Shown here: in pieces, positions 15,339-21,916 of the stretch
Position numbering within the stretch: position 1 is the stretch's first letter
Layout: every line of letters starts with the position of its first letter
The notes under the pieces: generated by a model
The model's database searches: none
What the model saw: only the letters and a program-made list of their open reading frames with translations
Told to the model about the DNA's origin: nothing
DNA from: a virus
Lineage: Duplodnaviria > Heunggongvirae > Uroviricota > Caudoviricetes
Direction: 5' to 3' (one strand)
Length of the DNA: 21,916 bases
Virus record (IMG/VR): IMGVR_UViG_2531839663_000005
Made by a program: the position numbers and the translations under genes

Positions 15339-15827
15339 ATGAGTCTGGTAGCCACTGAGCCAGTACGGCCACCATCCGATCCCGTACCGGATGATGGCGG
15401 CGCGAAAGTTGAAAGCCTGCCATTCTGGCCGGTCATTTCGCTGGCTGAACTACGCCGTGCGATGCGTCTTGATGGGCAGGTGACAACCGATCGCCTGATG
15501 TCGCGAACGGTGGAAGCGGTGGCCCATGTTAATGATCAGCTTTTCCTGTGGCGCCAGGTGCAGATTGATGCGGGCTATGAGTCACTGGCAGAAATTCCGG
15601 CCAGTCCGTTGAATGGCACTTCCGTGAAGGTATGGCGCTATAAAAATGCCGTGTATTCACTCACTAAGGCGCTGTTGATTGAAGGCTACCGCGATATTGA
15701 CACCACCAGTAAAGGCGAAGACCACGCGGCGGCATTAAGCACGCAGATCGATACGCTGTGGCGGGATGTGCGCTGGTCAATCCGTGATATCCAGGATGAA
15801 AGCCGGGGCTTGGCGGAGTTGGTGTAA
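15339..15827 (+). CDS. L: Head completion/stabilisation protein (P2 gpL-like)
   Basis: 162 aa from ATG 15339 (GGAG upstream); the ORF-track start 15243 is rejected; stop overlaps the X start (TAATG). Confidence 0.8.
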   Translation: MSLVATEPVRPPSDPVPDDGGAKVESLPFWPVISLAELRRAMRLDGQVTTDRLMSRTVEAVAHVNDQLFLWRQVQIDAGYESLAEIPASPLNGTSVKVWRYKNAVYSLTKALLIEGYRDIDTTSKGEDHAAALSTQIDTLWRDVRWSIRDIQDESRGLAELV

Positions 15828-16027
15828 TGAACGTTCAGGCGCAGCAAAACGACACGATCGACCTGCTTTGCTGGCGCTATTACGGCAGAACAGCAGGTGT
15901 TACCGAGGCGGTGATCGATGCCAATAAGGGCATTTCCGCCGCCACTGAGTTGCAGGCCGGGCAGATTGTCTACCTGCCAGAGATCCAGCCGCCAGCCCAG
16001 CGGGAAACCGTGCAGCTATGGGATTAA
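15827..16027 (+). CDS. X: Tail protein X-like (66 aa)
   Basis: Size and position match P2 gpX; translationally coupled to L. Confidence 0.7.
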   Translation: MNVQAQQNDTIDLLCWRYYGRTAGVTEAVIDANKGISAATELQAGQIVYLPEIQPPAQRETVQLWD

Positions 16028-16037
16028 GGGGGAGGGT

Positions 16038-16373
16038 ATGCACGACACACCACCGGGATTACTCGAACAAACAATGAAATGGATCGCTACTTATCTGCCG
16101 ACACTGTTTGCGGCTGGTGCGGCGCTGAGTATTTCGGCGCTAATGAGCCTTTACGATGGGCAGTCTTTGCTTAAAACCGCCACCGGATCGCTGGTATGTG
16201 GGATTGTCACGCTTGCTGTGGCCGGTTCGCTGGAATATCTGGGGCTTCCGTCCAACGCAGTAACATTCGTGGGCGCCTCAATCGGATTTATGGGCGCGGA
16301 TAAAGTCCGCAACAAAGTTACCGGGTTTATCGAAAACCGAATCGGAGGGATGAAAGGTGGAGATGAGCAATAA
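16038..16373 (+). CDS. Holin (3 predicted TM segments, charged C-terminus)
   Basis: ATG 16038 with GGGGGAGGG SD; hydrophobic segments and C-terminal DKVRNKVTGFIENRIGGMKGGDEQ; possible dual start (Met1 and Met13). Confidence 0.7.
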   Translation: MHDTPPGLLEQTMKWIATYLPTLFAAGAALSISALMSLYDGQSLLKTATGSLVCGIVTLAVAGSLEYLGLPSNAVTFVGASIGFMGADKVRNKVTGFIENRIGGMKGGDEQ

Positions 16374-16797
16374 CGGCATCAACATGCTGAAAGGCTTTGA
16401 AGGGTGCAGGCTGGCCGCTTATCAGGATTCTGTAGGCGTCTGGACGATCGGTTATGGATGGACTCAACCCGTCAACGGCGTGCCGGTTGGCAAGGGCATG
16501 ACCATCACGCAGGAAACTGCCGATAGCCTGTTGCGTAGCGGTCTGGTGCAGTATGAAAAAGGCGTTACGGGGCTGGTTAAAGTCACTATCAATCAAAATC
16601 AGTTCGATGCGCTGGTTGATTTTGCCTACAACCTGGGCGTAAAGGCGTTGGAAGGTTCCACACCGCTGAAAAAGCTGAATGCTGGCGATTTCACCGGGGC
16701 TGCGGCTGAGTTTCCGAAATGGAATAAAGCAGGCGGCAAGGTGTTGCCGGGGCTGGTTAAGCGCCGGGAAGCCGAGCGCACGTTATTTCTGGCCTGA
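16357..16797 (+). CDS. Endolysin, GH24 phage-lysozyme type
   Basis: N-terminal FEG...YQD...TIGYG pattern typical of T4/P22-type lysozymes; GTG 16357 (or ATG 16363) overlapping the holin stop. Confidence 0.8.
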   Translation: MEMSNNGINMLKGFEGCRLAAYQDSVGVWTIGYGWTQPVNGVPVGKGMTITQETADSLLRSGLVQYEKGVTGLVKVTINQNQFDALVDFAYNLGVKALEGSTPLKKLNAGDFTGAAAEFPKWNKAGGKVLPGLVKRREAERTLFLA

Positions 16798-16854
16798 TCA
16801 TTTTTAACTGTGCTGGCCGTGCGTATCGAGCGCGGTCATTTTTGACAGTGCTCC
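16798..16854. repeat. Two copies of a ~17-19 nt direct repeat TCATTTTT(A/G)AC(T/A)GTGCT in the endolysin-lysB gap
   Basis: Copies at 16798-16816 and 16836-16854 (15/19 identical); seen in sequence; function unknown. Confidence 0.3.
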
Positions 16855-16898
16855 AGCACGTCCGATATTGACGGTGCGAGCTGGCGAGAGGTTTTGAA

Positions 16899-17432
16899 AT
16901 GGGGCTGTTATCACGCTGGAAAGTGATTGTTTGTTTTGTGCTGGCCGCTGCTGCTGTATGGGGTTTTAGCCACTGGCGTTACAGCGCCGGTTACGGTGAT
17001 GCCGATCAGCACTGGCGTGAAGAGTGGGCGCAACGTGATGCACGCGACGCCACCGCGCTGGCACAAAGGCAGGCTGAGGCCAGGGCAGAAGAACAACGCC
17101 GACAAGGTGAAATTGATGCGATCAGAAAACAAGCCAGCCAGCAGCTTGCTGGCGTGCAGGCTGATGCCGATCGTGCCCGTGCTGCTTCTCGTGGGCTGCA
17201 CGACAGGGCCGACAAACTCGCCAGGCAACTGGCAGACCGTGAACGCGCCTGCGGTGCCGGATCTCCCGGCAGAAGCGAGGCAGAAACCAGCGGCGCCGTA
17301 CTGCTCGCCGACTTGTTCCGCCGCGCTGACGATCGAGCGGGGCAACTGGCAAAAGATGCTGATGAAGCAAGAGCCAGAGGATTAGCCTGTGAGGCTGCGT
17401 ATGATGCGGTTAAGTCCGGGAGGGATAAGTAA
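16899..17432 (+). CDS. lysB: Rz-like i-spanin (LysB-like)
   Basis: N-terminal TM segment (WKVIVCFVLAAAAVWGF), then a long R/A/E/Q-rich coiled-coil-like region; GAGAGG SD; follows the endolysin. Confidence 0.7.
   Translation: MGLLSRWKVIVCFVLAAAAVWGFSHWRYSAGYGDADQHWREEWAQRDARDATALAQRQAEARAEEQRRQGEIDAIRKQASQQLAGVQADADRARAASRGLHDRADKLARQLADRERACGAGSPGRSEAETSGAVLLADLFRRADDRAGQLAKDADEARARGLACEAAYDAVKSGRDK
17116..17385 (+). CDS. lysC: Rz1-like o-spanin lipoprotein embedded in lysB (+1 frame); alternative start 17164
   Basis: Lipobox LLVGC after a hydrophobic stretch, Pro-rich mature region; AAGGTGA SD before 17116; fully nested in the i-spanin gene. Confidence 0.5.
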   Translation: MRSENKPASSLLACRLMPIVPVLLLVGCTTGPTNSPGNWQTVNAPAVPDLPAEARQKPAAPYCSPTCSAALTIERGNWQKMLMKQEPED

Positions 17433-17926
17433 TGCTTAAACCCGATTTGCTGCGCCAGATGATAAGCCAGCATGTGCCCTGGCTGCGCGAGAATCCCGAT
17501 AATCTGGCGGTTTACCTGCGTAAAGGCCGTATGGTCAGCACCGGCCAGCGTGCTGCTGCGTTTGAGTATCGCTATACGCTGGAAGTGCTTGTGATGGATT
17601 ACCCTGAATCTCTGGATACTATCAGCGTGCCGGTGCTGGCATGGGCGCGCTTATATCAGCCTGATCTGTTGTTTAACCCGGACAGGCAGCAGAACGGCAT
17701 AACATTCGAAGCCGATATCCTGAGTAACAGCACGATGGACGTGCTGATCCAGATTCAGGCTGATGAAGCGGTGATCGTCACCCGTGAAGATGGCGAAATC
17801 GTCACCCGTCACCGTGCTGACCCTGCACCGGGGCCAGAAATTGGCGCGTGGTCACTGGTATTTGTTGATGAGGTCAGCGGCGAAACATGGCAGGACAACA
17901 AACCGATCCCCTCTTCCAGCAGTTAG
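17432..17926 (+). CDS. R: Tail completion protein (P2 gpR-like)
   Basis: 164 aa; GGGAGGG SD; start overlaps the lysB stop (TAATG); synteny. Confidence 0.8.
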   Translation: MLKPDLLRQMISQHVPWLRENPDNLAVYLRKGRMVSTGQRAAAFEYRYTLEVLVMDYPESLDTISVPVLAWARLYQPDLLFNPDRQQNGITFEADILSNSTMDVLIQIQADEAVIVTREDGEIVTRHRADPAPGPEIGAWSLVFVDEVSGETWQDNKPIPSSSS

Positions 17927-18531
17927 ACGACTGGCTAGCCAGTGTGGCCGCGCAGCTTTCGCCGGGGCACCGTCGCAAGCTGACGCGCGACGTTGCGATT
18001 GGGCTGCGTAAGCGTCAGCAAAAGCGTATCGCCAGCCAGAAGAACCCCAGCGGCGAAAGCTATCAGGCCCGCCGACGCAAAATCCTGCGCACCCAGGGCG
18101 GGATAAAGTTCATATGGAATGATGAGGCCAGGGAGTTACGCAACTGGCGAACTACGGGCAGGGGTGAGCACCGCGCAATCACCGGCTATGACGTTGATCG
18201 CGGTGCCCTGCGCACGTTCTATAAGCGCGATATCCAGCGCTATATTGAAATCAATCTCAACCAGTCAAAGCAGAACCGCACCAGAAAGGATCCGATGTTC
18301 CGTAAGCTGCGCACCGCACGCTTTCTTAAGGCTTACGGTACGGGCGGCATGGCCGTGGTTGGCTTTCAGGGGCATACCGCCGAAATTGCCAGCGTTCACC
18401 AGTACGGTGAAGTCGATAACGTGGTGCCGGGTGCCCGTGCGCGCTACCCGGTGCGTGAACTCCTGGGCATGACCGAGGGGGATTTAGACTGGCTGGCCGA
18501 TACTGTTGTTGCCTTCATGCAAGAGATTTGA
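17887..18531 (+). CDS. S: Virion morphogenesis / tail completion protein (P2 gpS-like)
   Basis: 214 aa; overlaps the R 3' end by 40 nt; synteny R-S-V; weak SD, so the start is uncertain. Confidence 0.7.
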   Translation: MAGQQTDPLFQQLDDWLASVAAQLSPGHRRKLTRDVAIGLRKRQQKRIASQKNPSGESYQARRRKILRTQGGIKFIWNDEARELRNWRTTGRGEHRAITGYDVDRGALRTFYKRDIQRYIEINLNQSKQNRTRKDPMFRKLRTARFLKAYGTGGMAVVGFQGHTAEIASVHQYGEVDNVVPGARARYPVRELLGMTEGDLDWLADTVVAFMQEI

Positions 18532-18532
18532 T

Positions 18533-18550
18533 TGTCACAAACCCGCCACA
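18533..18550. promoter_or_regulatory. TGT-N12-ACA dyad (TGTCACAAACCCGCCACA), candidate Ogr/Delta-type site of the late promoter for V-W-J-I-H
   Basis: Perfect dyad seen 2 nt after the S stop, about 140-155 nt upstream of the V ATG; followed by an alternating GCGCGCGCGCG tract. Confidence 0.45.
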
Positions 18551-18688
18551 ATGGCGCCGCGTTGTTTGCGCGCGCGCGACTCCTGATACTGACTGCATAA
18601 CCCAAAAGCCGAAACGGTCGTAAAGCCTGCTACCGGGTGTAAGCGACGCCGGACAGCGTAACCGGCACCACGGGAAACAGTCAGCACT

Positions 18689-19318
18689 ATGAATTTAAAC
18701 GAACTCTATCGCCTTATCTGCAATCTCGCCCGCATTGGCACCGTGCTGGAAGTGGATACGGAAAAGTATCTTGCACGCGTCGAAACCGGCGAGAACAAAA
18801 CCGACTGGATCCGCTGGGCAGTGCCGCGCGCCGGTGAAGCCGTGACGTGGTGGGCGCCGACAGTGGGCGAACAGGTTTATATTTTGTGCCCCTGCGGTGA
18901 GATGGAAACGGCATTTATTGCCGGAAGCCTTTACAGCGAAGACGCACCGCCGCCAGATGCTGGCGCTACCACCTGCGTAATCCTGCACCCGGATGGCGCC
19001 CGTATTTCATATGACCCGGAGGCCAGCGCGCTGGTTGTCAGCGGGGTAAAAACGGCAAGCGTCACCGCGTCGGAATCCATTACCGCCACCGTGCCGGTGG
19101 TAACGGTCAAGGCAGACACGCGCGTTACCCTGGACACGCCGGAAGTGGTCTGCACCAACAAGCTGATCACCGCCACGCTGGAAGTGCAAAACGGTGGGGA
19201 AATGAAGGGCAACATTACCCATTCAGGCGGATCGCTTTCGTCTAATGGTGTCGTTGTCCATTCGCACAAACATAGCGGCGTCCAGTCCGGTGGCAGTAAT
19301 ACAGGTGGCCCGGTATGA
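18689..19318 (+). CDS. V: Baseplate spike/assembly protein (P2 gpV-like)
   Basis: 209 aa (P2 V is about 211); synteny; stop overlaps the W start (ATGA). Confidence 0.85.
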   Translation: MNLNELYRLICNLARIGTVLEVDTEKYLARVETGENKTDWIRWAVPRAGEAVTWWAPTVGEQVYILCPCGEMETAFIAGSLYSEDAPPPDAGATTCVILHPDGARISYDPEASALVVSGVKTASVTASESITATVPVVTVKADTRVTLDTPEVVCTNKLITATLEVQNGGEMKGNITHSGGSLSSNGVVVHSHKHSGVQSGGSNTGGPV

Positions 19319-19677
19319 GTACAGTCCGTTACAGCGGCATGAATGCCGGTTCAGGCCATGCCATCACCGACAACGAGCATATAGCGCAGTCTATCGGCGA
19401 TATTCTGTTAACGCCGATCGGTTCCCGTGTAATGCGCCGCGCTTACGGTTCGCAGCTTTTCAACCTGATAGATCAGCCGGTCGATAACGCCATAACGAAG
19501 CTGCGCGTTATGTCTGCCATTTACAGCGCCCTGTATTTATGGGAACCGCGTATCTCTCTGACCAGTATTACCCTGAGCGCGCCGGGTGCTGGTCGGCTGG
19601 TTGCCACTATTCAGGCCAACCGCACCGACAATCAGACGCCATTTAACGCCGATATCACATTGAGGGGCCAGGCATGA
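19315..19677 (+). CDS. W: Baseplate wedge protein (P2 gpW-like, gp25-like)
   Basis: 120 aa; ATGA overlaps with V and J. Confidence 0.85.
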   Translation: MSTVRYSGMNAGSGHAITDNEHIAQSIGDILLTPIGSRVMRRAYGSQLFNLIDQPVDNAITKLRVMSAIYSALYLWEPRISLTSITLSAPGAGRLVATIQANRTDNQTPFNADITLRGQA

Positions 19678-20585
19678 GCGGCACGATCGATTTATCGCAG
19701 CTACCGCCGCCCGTGGTGGTTGAACCGCTGGACTTCGAAACGCTTTTCGCGCAGCGCAAGGCCGCATTTATTGCGATGTACCCGGAAGATGAACAGGAAG
19801 AGATCGCCCGCACGCTTGAGCTTGAATCGGAGCCGATCACCATGCTGCTGGAAGAGAATTGCTATCGCGAATTGCTGTTGCGCCAGCGGGTGAATGAAGC
19901 GGCCCGCGCGGTGATGCTGGCTTATTCCACGGATAGCGATTTGGATAATCTGGCGGTCAATTTCAACGTTGAACGTCTGACCATTCAGGAAGAAGACGAC
20001 AGCGTTACCCCGCCAATTGAAGCCGTGATGGAGTCAGATCCGGATTTACGCACGCGTACCCAGCAGGCTTTTGAAGGTCTGAGCGTGGCCGGGCCAACGG
20101 CGGCGTATGAATTTTGGGGGCGTTCGGCAGACGGGCGCGTAGCTGATATTTCGGCGGTCAGTCCTACACCTGCTTGCGTCACCATTTCGGTGCTGTCGCG
20201 TGAGGGTGACGGAACGGCCAGCGATGATCTGCTTTCCGTGGTCGCTACTGCCCTGAACGATGAAGAGGTGCGCCCGGTGGCCGACAGGGTAACGGTGCAG
20301 TCTGCGGAGATCGTGCCGTATCAGATCGATGCAACGCTTTACATCTATCCGGGGCCGGAAGCAGAACCCGTCCGGCAGGCATCGGAGCAACAGTTACAGG
20401 CGTATATTGCCGCGCAGAATCGCTTAGGGCGCGATATCCGTCTTTCAGCTATCTACGCCGCCCTGCACGTCGAAGGTGTCCAGCGCGTGGAACTGGCGCA
20501 GCCTGTTGCGGATATCGTGCTGAGTGACTACCAGGCATCACACTGCACCGAATACACCATAACGGTGGGTGGTTACGATGAGTAA
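19674..20585 (+). CDS. J: Baseplate assembly protein J
   Basis: 303 aa (P2 J is about 302); synteny. Confidence 0.85.
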   Translation: MSGTIDLSQLPPPVVVEPLDFETLFAQRKAAFIAMYPEDEQEEIARTLELESEPITMLLEENCYRELLLRQRVNEAARAVMLAYSTDSDLDNLAVNFNVERLTIQEEDDSVTPPIEAVMESDPDLRTRTQQAFEGLSVAGPTAAYEFWGRSADGRVADISAVSPTPACVTISVLSREGDGTASDDLLSVVATALNDEEVRPVADRVTVQSAEIVPYQIDATLYIYPGPEAEPVRQASEQQLQAYIAAQNRLGRDIRLSAIYAALHVEGVQRVELAQPVADIVLSDYQASHCTEYTITVGGYDE

Positions 20586-21192
20586 TGACCTGTTACCGCC
20601 GAGCGCCAGCCGAATGGAGCGCGTCGCCGCGCGCGTCTGTGCGTCGTTGGGTGAAGTGCCCGTGCCATTGCGCCAGTTGTGGAACCCGTGGACGTGTCGG
20701 GCTGATCTGCTGCCCTATCTGGCGTGGGCCTTCTCCGTTGATCGCTGGGATGAGGCCTGGCCGATCAGCACGAAACGAAAGGCGGTGGCCGATGCGTTCT
20801 ACCTGCATAAGTACAAGGGTACAACGGGTGCCATGCGCCGGGTTGTGGAGCCGTTCGGCTTCTTCATCCGGGTTAACGAGTGGTGGAACATTGATACCGC
20901 ACCGGGCACCTTCACGCTGGATATTGGCGTGGAAGACCAGGGCATTAGTGAAGAAACCTATCAGGAGCTTGAACGCCTGATCGCCGATGTGAAGCCGTGC
21001 AGCCGTCATATGCTGGGAATGTCTCTTCACCTGCAAACAACCGGCGATCTGTATATCGGCGCGGGTAGTTATTCCGGCGATACGCTGACTGTGTACCCGT
21101 ATTTCCCTGAAACCATAGCCGTGGGCGGTGATGATTACACCGGGGCGGCAATCCATTTAATTGACACCGTGGAGATCGCAAGTGGCGACTAA
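20578..21192 (+). CDS. I: Baseplate protein I (tail formation)
   Basis: 204 aa from ATG 20578 overlapping the J stop; alternative GTG at 20569; synteny. Confidence 0.8.
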   Translation: MSNDLLPPSASRMERVAARVCASLGEVPVPLRQLWNPWTCRADLLPYLAWAFSVDRWDEAWPISTKRKAVADAFYLHKYKGTTGAMRRVVEPFGFFIRVNEWWNIDTAPGTFTLDIGVEDQGISEETYQELERLIADVKPCSRHMLGMSLHLQTTGDLYIGAGSYSGDTLTVYPYFPETIAVGGDDYTGAAIHLIDTVEIASGD

Positions 21193-21916
21193 ATATTATG
21201 CCGTGCTAACCAATGTGGGCGCGGCGAAACTGGCAAATGCCACGGCATTGGGTGCGCAGGTTGAGATCACCCAGATGGCTGTAGGCGATGGTAACGGCGC
21301 ATTGCCGACGCCGAACCCGGCACAAACGGCGCTGGTTCATGAGTTGCGCCATGCGCCACTCAATACCCTGAGCATTGATCCTAACAACGCCAACCAGATT
21401 ATTGCCGAGCAGGTGATCCCCGAAGACGTGGGCGGGTGGTGGATCCGTGAAATCGGCTTATTCGATAAAGACGGCGATATGATTGCCGTAGCCAACTGCG
21501 CGGAAACCTATAAGCCGCAGTTGCAGGAAGGTAGCGGGCGCGTTCAGATTGTCCGCATGATCCTGATCGTCAGCAACACCGCCGCCGTGACGCTCAAAAT
21601 TGACCCGTCCGTAGTGCTGGCAACTCGCGCTTATGTTGATTCTCAAATTATTATCGCGAAATCGTATGCAGATGATTTGATGGATACACATCTTGCGAAT
21701 GCGAATCCACATGATCAGTACCCATTGATTGCGAATGCGCTCAAAGAAATGGCCGACGCCGGATTGGTTGACGAGGTTCTCAAAAACCTTCGTTTGGGAG
21801 CGGGTGCACCTGCCATCGGTATTCCGTTCTTCTGGCCATCCTCGGCGATGCCTAATACTGTTATGACAGAATGGGCCGATATGGTGTTTTTGAAGTTCAA
21901 CGGGGCGACATTCTCA
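21182..21916 (+). CDS. H: Tail fibre protein H, N-terminal part (3' end truncated by the window edge)
   Basis: GTG 21182 overlapping the I stop; N-terminal region (AVLTNVGAAKLANA...MAVGDGNGALPTPN...YKPQLQEGSGR) resembles the conserved N-terminus of P2 H; ORF still open at 21916. Confidence 0.8.
   Translation, partial: MATKYYAVLTNVGAAKLANATALGAQVEITQMAVGDGNGALPTPNPAQTALVHELRHAPLNTLSIDPNNANQIIAEQVIPEDVGGWWIREIGLFDKDGDMIAVANCAETYKPQLQEGSGRVQIVRMILIVSNTAAVTLKIDPSVVLATRAYVDSQIIIAKSYADDLMDTHLANANPHDQYPLIANALKEMADAGLVDEVLKNLRLGAGAPAIGIPFFWPSSAMPNTVMTEWADMVFLKFNGATFS

Noticed and set aside
16911-17473. Minus-strand ORFs (16911-17345, 17006-17473, 17122-17370) across the spanin genes
   Set aside because: Antisense to lysB/lysC; Ala/Ser/Arg-rich translations typical of the reverse complement of an Ala/Arg-rich coiled-coil gene.
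21458-21900. Minus-strand ORFs 21458-21712 and 21715-21900
   Set aside because: Antisense to the well-supported tail-fibre H N-terminal coding region.
1-21916. tRNA, rRNA, CRISPR arrays, IS elements, attL/attR core
   Set aside because: No cloverleaf-compatible structures, repeat-spacer arrays or transposase ORFs were seen; the window begins exactly at the integrase stop, so attL and any adjacent tRNA would lie outside the window, and the right end of the prophage is beyond gene H.

Overview
The window is about 22 kb of an integrated P2-like (Peduovirus-type) prophage in a high-GC enterobacterial background, read from the integrase end. Gene order: int (its stop codon is window bases 1-3) - C-type repressor - an unusually long (~490 bp) switch region - cox - small early ORFs including a TerB-like protein and a 2-TM peptide - Dam-family N6-adenine methyltransferase - DUF4406-like protein - rolling-circle replication initiator A - an AT-rich minus-strand two-gene cargo operon (RhuM-like protein + Doc/Fic-family protein) - cos region - portal Q and large terminase P (minus strand) - scaffold O, major capsid N, small terminase M, head completion L, X, holin, GH24-type endolysin, Rz/Rz1-like spanins, tail completion R/S, baseplate V/W/J/I and the 5' part of tail fibre H, which runs off the window. 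The cargo operon sits where P2 carries old/tin and is the best candidate for an undescribed defence or addiction module. Other points worth a second look are a frame break in M at a G_AAA_AAG heptamer, the enlarged C-cox switch with duplicated repeats, and the TerB-like/membrane pair behind a 16-bp palindrome. No rRNA, tRNA or CRISPR array was seen. All family assignments are from reading the translations and from memory of P2; no database search was run.
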